From positions 18,209,464 through 18,242,463 of the forward strand of contig NC_043011.1 in assembly GCF_006345805.1 (NCBI RefSeq): DNA of 33,000 nucleotides, read 5' to 3'. The position numbers and the translations under genes were made by a program. The notes beneath the pieces were generated by a model. It saw only the letters and a program-made list of their open reading frames with translations. It searched no databases and was not told the DNA's origin. Origin of the DNA: Octopus sinensis (Eukaryota). Positions 1-12,692 of the stretch are shown piece after piece; position 1 is the first letter of the stretch; each line of letters starts with the position of its first letter.

Positions 1-127
1 AACTTTCTCTCACTCTTTCCTCCTGCATCTTGCAGCTCACCTGCGACGGACCGGCGTCCCGTCCAGGTGGGGAACCAATACGCCAAGAAACCGGGAAACT
101 GGACCTTATGAGCCAGGCAGGGCTCAT

Positions 128-1311
128 GAGAACTACCCAGAGTTACGCATTTCTCCCATCGTTTGATGCAGCTCTGGAGACCGTTTTTGTAAAAGACCCC
201 AGCTTGGTCCTCCAACCACGACGTGACTTCAGAAATCAAGGCTGCATCATCTGGGAAACGCTTTCCTTTCCAAATCAAACTCATGGCTGGGAAGAGGTGA
301 ACATCACAGAGTGCAAGGTCAGGAGAGTAGGGGGGATGGGGGAGGAGTTCATAGCCGCACGCCTGTACTTCTAATCTGGCGACACGCGAGTTGTGGACCG
401 GAGCGTTGTCCTGCAGGAGGAGGATGACTTTGCTGATCTTTCCCCGCCTCTTGATTTTGATAGCTTCTCTTAATTTCCTCCAAAGTGACGCATAATAGGC
501 TCCTGTAATTGTGGTACCCTTTGCAGGAAATCTGTCATCACTACTCCGTCCTGGTCTCAGAAGACTGTGAGCATGACCTTACCAGCGGAGGGCTGCACCC
601 TTGCCTTCTTTGGAGGAGGTGAGTCACGGTGCTTCCATTGCATTGACTGGGCTTTGGTCTCTGGATCATAGGGAAGGACCCAGGTTTCATCCTGTGTAAT
701 CAGTCTTTTGAAAAATTTTGACTCATCTTCTTGGCACATCTCCAAATTCGTCCTCGAGCACTCGACGCGTTCTTGCTTCTGGAAAGGTTTGAGCAACCTG
801 GAAATCCATCTGCCAGACACCTTTTGCATATGCAAATGGTCATGAATGATAGTTTCCACAGACCCAGTACTAATCCTGACCTCATGGGCTATTTGGCGAA
901 TAGTTATGCGTCGATCTTCCAAAATGGCAGCCTCAACTTGACAGACAGATGCCTCATCAATAGCAGAAGGGGAGCGACAAGATTTGGGAGCTCTTTCCAC
1001 AGAGTTCCGATCATGTTTGAATTCCCGATGCCAGCGTTTTACAAGGTCATATGATGGAGCATCATAAACATACGTTACTTTTATTTCATCAAAAGTCTCC
1101 CGTGGTGTGCGTTCTTTCAAATACAAAAACCAGATCACTGTTTGACACTCAACAGGCTACATTTCACACTTGACTCAGTTCAGACACCTGTAAATCAGAA
1201 ACCACAATTAGTTCAGAGCTGTAATTTGCCACTTAATCTATAGAGCTATAAATAATTGCATTAAACAATTGCAAGTGGGTCAGGGGCATTTCTTATTGAA
1301 CGTCTCTCGTA
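128..1311 (-). mobile_element. Decayed mariner (DD34D) transposon; 3' end truncated
   Basis: ORF 557..1138 has mariner HTH and TQDETW...QSMQWKH...AGKVMLTVF. Homology continues past a TGA and a frameshift as LLLQDNAPVH...HPPYSPDLALCD (34 aa between the Ds)...RWEKCV to ~131. Original ATG at 1162 is followed by TAG. 5' TIR reads tacgagagacgttcaataagaaatgcccctg on the minus strand (1281-1311), ending in TA. Confidence 0.93.
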
Positions 1312-1370
1312 CATAATTCCTCATCTCTTAAATATAGAACTATGTAAAATTTCGTTGTAACAGATATATA

Positions 1371-2534
1371 TCCAGAGTTTGGACAAAGTAATGGATACAC
1401 CGAGCATCATAGCATTATAATATTGAAATTGCTATAAAACCGTCAGAAACTTGTATATTTATATGTGTTTTTTTATATTTATAAATTAATGACAGATCTA
1501 TCGGACTTTCAAAGAGGTCAAATTCTTGGTGCTGGTATGGCAGGCGCTAGCGTAACGAAATCAGCTGAAACGTTTTGTGCATCATGAAGTACTGTCTTGA
1601 AAGCAATGATAGCCTTTGAGAAAGAGGAAAAACCTCCTCTTCGAATTAGAACTCAAGAAGTAAACCAAAACATTCAGTTAGGGACCGTTGGACTCTTACG
1701 CGACTTATTGGAAAGGATCACATACATACAGCTCCCAAAATTACTGCAGAATTTAATTATCACCACGAGAGCCAGTTTCCACAAAAACTGTTCTCCGGGA
1801 GCTGCATAAAGCCGGATTTCATGAAAGGGCTGCAATCAGAAAGCCACTGCATTCAAAAACAAACGTTGCAATGCGTTTAGAGTGGAGTAAAAACCTACGG
1901 AATTAGTCCCTAGAATTAGTACTAGTGTTATTTTCTAGGACGAGACATCCTTTGGCTTATTACCAAACAGCGTCCGAGTATAGGTGTGGAGACAGCCAAA
2001 AGAAGCATTCGACCCAGACTACCTTCTTCCAATTGTTAAACATGGAGGAGGATCTGCTATGATCTGTAATGCGGTTATATCCTAGAAATCCGACGGCCCA
2101 ATTGTTTTCCTTCACAGCAGAATCAATATTCAAGTCTTTTTAAGCATTTTATTTGATCAAGTTCATCCTATGTTAGCGGAACGCAATCTTTCAGGATGAT
2201 AACGCACCTATTCACACAGCGAAAGTTTTTACTGAATGGCACGAAGAATATTCTAGTGAAGTTGAACATCTTATCTGACCACCAGAGTTACTAGATCTCA
2301 ATATTATTGTACATTAATGGGGCATTTTAGAAAACCAAGTAAAAAGTCCATATCCTCCACCATCATCACTACAATAACTGGAGACTGTTTTAGCTGAGGA
2401 ATGGACAAAAAATGTGTGCGAGTCCATACCTCGTAGAACTCAAACTATAAATACTTCCAAAAGCGGTCCTACTAGATACTAAAATAAATTTATTTGAAAT
2501 TTTAATGTTTCCATTATTTTGTCGAACCTCAGTA
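1371..2534 (+). mobile_element. Decayed Tc1-like transposon with DD36E spacing; transposase pseudogene 1489..2482
   Basis: MTDLSDFQRGQILGAGMAGASVTK start at 1489, then ELHKAGFH.RAAIRKP, DETSF, VKHGGGS, FQDDNAPIHTA...DLNII(V), with stops and frameshifts. 31-nt terminal inverted repeats (1371-1401 vs 2504-2534) match 23/31; TA at the right end. Confidence 0.93.
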
Positions 2535-3008
2535 TATATATAAATATATGTGTATGTGTATGTGCGTGTGTGTGTGTAGGTATATAAGTGTGCTTATATA
2601 TATCAAACTCTCTCTCTATCTCTCTCTCTCTCTATATATATATACAGAAAGTGAGAGAGAGAGAGAGAGAGAGAGTGGGAGAAGTGCGTCACGTAGTGTG
2701 ACTTGTAAGGATACGCGCTGTCCATGTTGCAATATAGGACGGAGCCTGAATGTCATATTGAGTGATGTAAATATATTTCCATTTACATAAATAGCCTACA
2801 GAACAGTTTGGAATAGAATTATGAAAGCAAACATTCCCCAGACTGTTGCGCATATTAGCAGTAGCAATCAAAATTGTTGATGATGCAAACAGTTATTCTA
2901 TTGTTATGCCAAAACGAAACTCAATATTCATTTTATTTTTTCTGTGTGTCGCTATATCATTAGTTTCTCATCGCAACGAAATTCATATTGATGTGTATAT
3001 ATATATCT

Positions 3009-3080
<72 letters not shown>

Positions 3081-3130
3081 ATGATATATATATATATATG
3101 TATGTATATATACATATAAAGATACATATA

Positions 3131-3213
<83 letters not shown>

Positions 3214-3225
3214 TGTGTACACATA
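2533..3225. repeat. Two compound microsatellite clusters (TA, TG, CT/GA, CA) separated by ~300 bp of non-repetitive sequence
   Basis: Dinucleotide runs directly visible at ~2533-2675 and ~2995-3225. Confidence 0.9.
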
Positions 3226-3685
3226 TATTATGCCTGTTTTATTAATGTTGTAATCTTCATTTCATATTTCTTTCACAGTGTTCAGTATTAAGAAATATGT
3301 TGTTTCGTATTCAATTCACTTGTGCTTATTTCTGCTATGCAAATTTATATTAATATACCAATCTCTGTAACTATTTTTTTTTTCTCGCTCTTATGCATAT
3401 ACCAATCTCTTTGTCTATTATTATACCTCTCTTATTTGTTTTATAACTTGATAGTTTTTTTATGATTTATCGTTCTAATCTCTATTTCTATTCTACACTC
3501 TGCTTCTGTTGAATATTGCAATATATACTAACGGTCAGAAATGCATTAACGAATATTAACATTTATATAGAGCGTGGATTTTGAGGAGACTATTTTCATA
3601 GTATAAGCAGTTTCTGTTTTTTTCCCGATCGATATTATTTCTTGCTGCATGTTTATATAGAAAGGTACGTACATACATACATACA

Positions 3686-3733
<48 letters not shown>

Positions 3734-3735
<2 letters not shown>

Positions 3736-4063
3736 TTTTCGAGATGAGCCATCTTTCCATATCACAAAGTCCGCACTTTCTACTGGTGTAATGGTAAGAC
3801 AACTTACACTTGGCTAAGATATTCCAATGGATGTTGTAACTTTACAACTTTGTCTTTGAAGGATCATATGTGACTGGATAATTTGGTAGTTTTCCTGGTA
3901 GTTTTCCCAGTGCCTGAAACACAAGGTGTGATTGTTGAACTTGGTCTTGAAATTTCCCTCTGAAAGAGAGACATATTTCTCTGTCGAAACTGTGCCCTTA
4001 GTGGTTGTAGAGTCTACGGTGGCTTCATAAATGATATTCTCAGATATGCAAGCTCCATTTAGC
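3734..4063 (-). mobile_element. Penelope-like element GIY-YIG endonuclease fragment (pseudogene)
   Basis: Minus-strand translation with frameshifts: LNGACISENIIYEATV...KYVSLSEGNFKTKFNNHTLCFRH...TKLSSHI*SFKDK...YNIHWNILAKCK...SRKCGLCDMERWLI, the typical PLE endonuclease C-terminus. Confidence 0.85.
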
Positions 4064-4082
4064 TAGCAAAGATTTATGTATG

Positions 4083-4114
<32 letters not shown>

Positions 4115-4116
4115 AA

Positions 4117-4449
4117 GGCGCATGGCTCAGTGGTTAGAGCGTCGAGTTTACGATCGTGAAGTTGTGAGCTCGAATCCCGGACCGGGCTGCGTATTGTGTT
4201 CTTCAGCAAAAAACTTTATTTCACGTTGCTCCAGTTCACTCAGATGTAGAAATGAGTTGCGACGTCACATGTGCCAAGCTGTATCGGCCTTTGCCTATCC
4301 CTTGGTTAACGTTGGTGGCGTGGAGAGGGCAGGCTGGTATGCATGGGTGACTGCTGGTCTTCTATAAACAACCTTGCCTAGATTATGCCTTGGAGGGTAA
4401 CTTTCTAGGTGCAATCCTATGGTCGGTGTCGTGATCGAAGGGGGTCTCA
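4117..4449 (+). mobile_element. tRNA-derived SINE with CORE-like central domain
   Basis: Head GGCGCATGGCTCAGTGGTTAGAGC (A box) and GCTCGAATCC (B box), then ttgtgttcttcagcaa...ccagttcactcagatgtagaaatgag resembling the MIR/CORE domain; no tRNA 3' acceptor strand. Confidence 0.8.
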
Positions 4450-6008
4450 AACTCAGATATATATATACTCATACTTTAGCATTTATATAAATGTATCTGC
4501 ATATATATACAGGTGATCAAATCAATTAAACACTGAACGAAGTCCTGTGCATATCTGAAAATGTATACACCTTAAACAGGAGATAAATGTATATAAACCA
4601 TTATTTCTCTATTTTGTCTATCAATCAGTAAAGACCTACCATCTTAAATGGGCAATGCAATCATCGATTTACACATTTGACTTGTGATGCATTTTGACTT
4701 CGGCTATTGATTTCGAATTGTCTGGACTGCAATCCTGATCAAAGAGAGGTTTTTTTTTTTGCTAGCTTGTTATTTTTATCTTCAGAGAGCTTAAGAAGTA
4801 TTTTGCCCTGATTATTATCCTTTTAATAACCCCTCTTTGTTTTCATATATATATGTATGTGTATATATCCATATGTATATGTATATATGTACATACGTAT
4901 ATGTATATATGTATGCATATATATATACATACAGCGCCGTTTGTTATTTTCTACAATATCTTGATTCTAATTGTCGGCTTCTGTAAATTTCTTATTGTTG
5001 AATGTAGACCCATACCACATCACCAACCCTAGAATTATCACCTCTGAATTCCTTTGTTTGAGAATGTATTTGAAGTGTTTGAGTTTTTTTTCTGATTTAG
5101 AATTAATTTGTGACTTAATGGTTATTCTACATATCACATACTTTGGTACAACAAAGAAACAGATATAGTTGCTTTTTTTAGAATATGTAGTAAAATAGGT
5201 AGGTCTTGTAGGGACTCATTAGTCTACACACTCATATAATAAATCAAGCTGTAATTCGTGTAAAAGAAATAATACAAAAGTGTAACAATCTCGCTTTGCA
5301 AAGTATTTTCTCGCATATATAATGTTTTCATAATTGCCTTCGTTATAGAAATCCCATACCGACACGATATACCATAAGGTTAACAGCAATAAATGAGATG
5401 TATAAGCACTGAATATATATACAAAATATATTCATAAGCAACATTACCATTCATTGTAACACGTTTTATTCATAGCACGGAGGAAATGTAAATATAAGAA
5501 CGAAGGATCAACATACTTAAGTCTTAAATATCATAAATTATTTCAAGCCGTTAATGCAATGAAACCAAACTTTTCTGATCTTGCTAAATGTACGAATAAT
5601 GAGAATTTTTAACAAACTGATTATATATCATTGCTTTCAGCAACTACACGTATATTTGATAATTGGTTGATGACCAGCGTAGACATAGCTGAAAGATATG
5701 GAAGCTGTTAGTAATTTGTATTTAATGTGGAATAATCTAACACTGATCAACTGTCAGTATCAGGTAGACACTGGCAAACGTAGGCAGAGTGAAAATCAGT
5801 CTTTACTGATATTGCAAAAGCGTGATTGAACAATCGCTGACGTTTCAATTATACGGCTTGCTGAATAACGTTCTGTGCATGCAGTTGTCTTAGCATGAAT
5901 TTACTAGGGGTTACGTTCAATTGTAAAAGTACACAAAGGCAGAACTATCCAACTAGTACTGCCAGCACCATGCCTGGACAGTTTGCGAGTGCTACTGACA
6001 TAAATATA

Positions 6009-6010
<2 letters not shown>

Positions 6011-6100
<90 letters not shown>
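6011..6100. repeat. (TG)n microsatellite, 45 units
   Basis: Perfect dinucleotide run. Confidence 0.97.
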
Positions 6101-6104
<4 letters not shown>

Positions 6105-6933
6105 GGTGTGCGTGCGTGCGTTCGTGTATGTACATGTACATACATACACTATATGCAAGCAAATTTTTTATTCGAAATATATGGGCTGAAACTGAGAAGT
6201 ACTCAGAATATTCGAGACAAACGATAATTAAAGAGGTAAATTGAGAAACAAAGGTTAAGTCAATCAATGAATCCCTAGACGCAAAATTCTTAACATATCT
6301 TAAAAAATAGACATACGTTCATGCAGTTTAATACAGTCCGATAAGCCTATATTTATAAAAGTACCACAAATAGATATGTAGAAAAATATCAATTAAAATA
6401 ATGTAAATATATTAGAAATGTGAAGAACAGTAGAAAACCGTCTGATTGGTCAAGTAGTAAAAACGAAATCACTTCAAAGAGCAAATAACCTCATGGTAAT
6501 AAAAGTTACATTAATGAAAAGTTACGTTATTAGAGGAGATCCATTCGATGGCCGTTTCTGGAGTACATTTTTGTAAGGTAAGAAAGTTCGAAAATTTACC
6601 TTATCCTAGTGAATAATGTCCTCTTCATGAAGAATATGTTCTCCATAATGAATTACATCTGAAATTATTTTTTGCTATTTGATCACTTATATACTTTCCT
6701 ATGATTTTAATTATTTACACCTCAAGCATTTTTACCTTATTTACACTTAGACATTTTTACATTCTTTTAATCTTTGCTTTTATCTATATAGGTATATATA
6801 ATACTTTTATATGTATATAGATCTATTGATATGCATTAAATTCTTATTAATATATGTATATTTTTAAATTTCGTTTTTGGGTCTGGTTTCCAAGATTCTT
6901 TATATGAGTTCGTATGTTGAAGCATATTCTGTA

Positions 6934-7241
6934 GTGTCTGGGGAGAGTAATTTTTTTTTTTTTTGTGCTTTATTATTTAACACACTCACCGGTAAAATTT
7001 CCCCTTTTTTCTTATTTTTATTTTCCTAAAATTTTCGTTACGTCTTGCAATCTTTTCAATTGTTTTGACTCAAAACTATTGAAAAGAGAGTCAAAACTAT
7101 TGAGAATCAAAACTATTGAAAAGGTTGCAAGACGCAATGAAAATTTTAGGAAAATAAAAATACGAAAAAAATGGAAACTTTACCGGTGAGTGTGTTAAAT
7201 AATAAGGCACTAAAAAAAAGAAAATTACTCTCCCCAGACAC
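6934..7241. mobile_element. Foldback/MITE-like inverted repeat (~125 bp arms)
   Basis: Left arm gtgtctggggagagtaa...cacactcaccggtaaa...ttttcaat is the reverse complement of right arm attgaaaa...tttaccggtgagtgtg...ttactctccccagacac; the centre carries 3 copies of tcaaaactattga. Confidence 0.8.
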
Positions 7242-8591
7242 AACATTATATTTTTTAAAATGTGTTTAAAATTGTGCGTCTGGGGATTTGTGGATTGACC
7301 TACACTTTGTTTCTGAATTTACCTGCTAAATTATACATATATACATATATACACATATACACATTCCGTTAAAACATGGTCTGGTTTTCATGTTTTTATC
7401 ATGGTAGTTGAAAAACATTTCTTACAATGTTGAGAAGTGTTAAATATTAGAAAATATTTTGTAATGTTCATATTTATCTATATGTTGTTTGAGACTTCCA
7501 TCACTGGCGGTTATATTATAGCTAGAGCTATTATTTATTGTGCTATAATAATAATTATCCAATTTCTTATTATTTCTTGGGGAGATGGTATTACCTACAG
7601 TCCTCGATGTTGAGTATCCCACTCATATGGTTTTATTCGAAAATATATTAGAATAAACGTTGCCCTTTTTAAAAGACACTTTCACCATTTTGAGTATTTC
7701 ATTAATAATATTAGTCATCACTCATGTCCCATATGGAATAATGAACCATATAACAAACTTTTCATTTCTTTTTTTTTTTGTGCTTTATTATTTAACACAC
7801 TCACCGGTAAAATTTCCCCTTTTTTCTTATTTTTATTTTCCTAAAATTTTCGTTACGTCTTGCAATATTTTCAATTGTTTTGACTCAAAACTATTGAAAA
7901 GAGAGTCAAAACTATTGAGAATCAAAACTATTGAAAAGGTTGCAAGACGCAATGAAAATTTTAGGAAATAAAAATACGAAAAAAATGGAAACTTTACGGT
8001 GAGTGTGTTAAATAATAAGGCACTAAAAAAAGAAAATTACTCTCCCCAGACACAACATTATATTTTTTAAAATGTGTTTATTTTGTTAAAATTGTGCGTC
8101 TGGGGATTGTGGATTGACCTACACTTTGTTTCTGAATTACCTGCTAAATTATACATATATACATATATACACATATACACATTCCGTTAAAACATGGTCT
8201 GGTTTTCATGTTTTTATCATGGTAGTTGAAAAACATTCTTACAATGTTGAGAAGTGTTAAATATTAGAAAATATTTTGTAATGTTCATATTTATCTATAT
8301 GTTGTTTGAGACTTCATCACTGGCGGTTATATTATAGCTAGAGCTATTATTTATTGTGCTATAATAATAATTATCCAATTTCTTATTATTTCTTGGGGAG
8401 ATGGTATTACCTACAGTCCTCGATGTTGAGTATCCCACTCATATGGTTTTATTCGAAAATATATTAGAATAAACGTTGCCCTTTTTAAAAGACACTTTCA
8501 CCATTTTGAGTATTTCATTAATAATATTAGTCATCACTCATGTCCCATATGGAATAATGAACCATATAACAAACTTTTCATTTCTTTTTTT
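6955..8591. repeat. Direct tandem duplication, period ~815 bp
   Basis: gtgctttattatttaacac at 6965 and 7780; both copies end in ataacaaacttttcatttctttt; near-identical apart from small indels and rare substitutions. Confidence 0.95.
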
Positions 8592-9189
8592 ATGTTTTAC
8601 ATTATAATTCTTAGACACTATCGGTCTTAAAGTATTATATCTCCGCTTGTATATTGTTTCTTATTATTGATCATATTCTCATTATCAGTATTACTACTAT
8701 CATTATCATTGTAATCATTAGTAATAAATATATTGTTATTATCTTTGTTAAATTTCCTATATTATCTTTTATTATTATTCACATTTTGCTGTTAGAATTA
8801 GTATTAGGATTACCTGCTTTATTATTATGGTGTTCGTAAGAATTCAAGAATTTTATATTAGAGTTCTATTCTGCTTCTTTTATTGCCTTATTATAACGTC
8901 TATTATAATATGTCTTATTATAACATGTCTATTAAAAGTGTCATAATCAGAGGATAGCATAGATATTCTTTTCCCTATAGTATTTATTAAAACTTCTTTA
9001 ACTGATCTAGGATGGTTACTGAAAGAACTAATGTACATTCAATTTTCATTCAAATTATGGAATGGATGGATCTTATTAGCAACTAGATTAAGGTTGACGT
9101 CTAGGTAATTTACTGCATAGTGTACATTCTCTATACATATCCCTAGTCCATAATTCTTAAAGGACTTCTACAATTCTTCTTAAGGCATT

Positions 9190-10354
<1,165 letters not shown>

Positions 10355-10491
10355 TGTGTGTGTATATATATTCCAAAATGTAACCACATGTGAATCGTTG
10401 GCGATTCTCTTCCTCCGTCTTCCTTTTTACTGTCAATATATATGTGTGTGTGTGTGTGTATCTCTGTGTATATGTCAGTATCTAAGCACAC

Positions 10492-10536
<45 letters not shown>

Positions 10537-10927
10537 AATATATATATGATATTTTTCGTTGGCGTCAAATTACCTTAATTATGAAAGTGTTCTCTTGTGT
10601 TTGCTCCGATCGATATCATAGATAGAATCCTTGATAAGATTCTCTTTGGATTGCTGATTTATTACGGAAACAGTTCAAGGGATAAAGTTCATTGATAGCA
10701 TAAATATATATCATCTCTCGGCGAAATGAATAAAAACAACGCTGCAATGTTGAAATTAGTGTAAGATACATATAGTGTAAGATACATACGACAAATATAT
10801 ATCCTTTGCCGTTTATGGAGATATCGATAAATTTTATTTGGGGAATAGAGCATTTGTCTGGTGGCAGCGGCTCTAGAGTCGTTAATAGCTGATAATATAC
10901 AACTTTTTTCTGTTGTTTGTTATGTGC

Positions 10928-11135
10928 TTTAGTCAATTTGGCTGCGCCCAAACTGGGGCACCGCCTTGTAGACATTTACTCGAACAAATCAACCGCAGTA
11001 ATTATTTTATTATAGTTTATTACTAATTTTATCGATATCCTCGGTCGAACCGAAAATTTGAGTGGACGCTAACTCACTAACACCGATTGGCAGGGGTGGT
11101 GGGGAACAGATGCAGGCACAATGAGACACACACAT
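10928..11135 (-). mobile_element. Diverged SINE 3' body fragment (same family as 11.7 and 17 kb copies)
   Basis: gtcaatttggctgcg...gcaccgcctt...tcgaacaaatc...gtcgaaccg...ggtggtgggg aligns by eye with the 16995-17180 body. Confidence 0.6.
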
Positions 11136-11233
11136 AGATATGCATACACGTACATATATATATAGGCATAAACAGTAATGCCCCACTTCACGAGGAACCA
11201 CTTTGCAATACCCCGGGTGTACGAGTTTTAACT

Positions 11234-11702
11234 TTTGAAGAACAAGATCCAAATTTTGAACGAAGTGCAGAAGTTGCTACTACCTTAACCAATGTTTCTT
11301 CGTGTTTCCCAAATAAATTTATATAGGGCCCAAAAAAATTTCTCCTAAGAAAACTACTTTAGGCTTGCTTAAAAAAATATCAACAACTCTGTCTACGCGT
11401 GCTTGTAAATCGGTGATCACATCTACAATTCATGGGGTGCGCAAGTCTAGTGCGTGTGAAAGTGATTCAGAAAACGAAAATAATAATGATAATAAATGAT
11501 CTTCACAATCCTCTTACTGCACCTCAAATATACTTCACAATCATTTTCATTGTTATTTATTTACAAGAATTGTAAATTTTATTTGAAAATAGATTTTCTG
11601 CGAACGAATTACGATTTGTAACATAGCTACAATAAGAAATTGTTGCCGTGGTTTACGAGCGGGTCCTGGAACAAATTAACTCTATATCAGGGTATTAATG
11701 TA
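11234..11702 (+). mobile_element. Tigger/pogo-like DNA transposon 3' remnant
   Basis: Translation FEEQDPNFERSAEVATTL resembles Tigger transposase C-termini; the end ctggaacaaattaactc...ggtattaatgTA resembles a Tigger-type 3' terminus with TA. Confidence 0.5.
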
Positions 11703-11704
11703 TA

Positions 11705-11900
11705 CTCTTTTGGGTGTTTCAGTCGTTTGACTGCGGCAGTGCTGGAGCAGGCTCTTTAGTCCGGCAAATCCACTACAAGAGTTTTTTTGTAAACCTTGTA
11801 CATAGTCTCTCGGTTGCTTTTGCCGAACCGCTACGTCACGGGGACGTGAACACACCAACATCGGTTGTCAATCGATTGTGGTGGACAAACACAGACACAC
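11705..11900 (-). mobile_element. SINE 3' body/tail
   Basis: tttcagtcgtttgactgcggc...gccgaaccgcta...catcggttgtcaa...ggacaaacacagacacac matches the 16995-17180 copy. Confidence 0.85.
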
Positions 11901-11919
11901 ATGCATTTATATATATATA

Positions 11920-11961
<42 letters not shown>

Positions 11962-11964
<3 letters not shown>

Positions 11965-12166
11965 ATCGGATCAAATTTTTCGAAAAAAAAATATCAATGG
12001 CTAGCATATTAAAAAATACCTTTAATGGTTAAATTTATTAACAACTTATAAACAAGTGCAAAAGAAAAAAATTGTTTATATGTTGTTTATAAATTTGACC
12101 TTTAGAGGTATTTTTTAATATGCTGGCCATTGATAAAATTGTTTTCCAAATCTTTTATCCTATATT
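11962..12166. mobile_element. Foldback/MITE-like hairpin
   Basis: 64-bp arms 11992-12055 and 12072-12135 with 6 mismatches and a 16-nt spacer; weaker pairing extends to 11962/12166. Confidence 0.8.
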
Positions 12167-12353
12167 AGATATAAATTTAATACTGTTCACTTCCAAACTC
12201 TCTCACTCTGTGAGAGTTTTCAGTTCGAATCGCACGTGTCGTGAATGGGCTGGAGAATTTCTATTTTGGATATATTTTGGTTACTTAATTGTGCTCATGA
12301 CGAGGTGTTTGCGTCTTCCATGTGTATGAGTAAGTATTTCATTTATTCCTTTA

Positions 12354-12426
12354 CCGCATTTATCTCTGACGAAGAGAAGTTTCTTATGAAATAACTCTGA
12401 AATCGGGTCCGATATGGTCATAACGG
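12354..12426 (+). ncRNA. Type I hammerhead ribozyme (core intact, stem I imperfect)
   Basis: CTGACGA 12366-12372; stem II agagaagtttc/gaaataactct with ttat loop; GAAA 12399-12402; stem III atcgg/ccgat; NUH = ATA (12412-12414). Confidence 0.65.
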
Positions 12427-12495
12427 AATTTTTAAGAAATTTCTGTCGGCTTTCTTCGAAATACGTGCTTATAGTAATGAATTATAGGAATATGT

Positions 12496-12692
12496 ATACG
12501 ACGGGCTTCTTTCAGTTTCCATCTATCAGATCCACTCACTAAGGTTTGTCGGCTCGGGGCTATAGTGAAAGACACATGCCGACGTTACAACGTAGTGGGA
12601 CTGAACCCTGAACCATGTGGTTGGAAAGTAAGCTACTCCCCACACCACCACTCCTGCGTGGTTGGGAAGCAAGCTTCTTTCTACACAGCCAC
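12496..12692 (-). mobile_element. SINE 5' tRNA-derived head, partly duplicated
   Basis: Minus strand gtggctgtgt...ccaaccacatggttcagggttcagtccc (A/B-box-like), followed by sequence matching 17345-17466. Confidence 0.85.

Noticed and set aside
30-374. 114-aa plus-strand ORF
   Set aside because: Mostly the antisense of the mariner transposase C-terminus
4117-4190. Possible tRNA gene
   Set aside because: A/B boxes present but no acceptor stem; continues into a SINE body
6600-6658. Minus-strand 59-nt exon-like segment (tttcag| ... aag|gtaaat)
   Set aside because: Stops in all frames, weak pyrimidine tract, no partner exon
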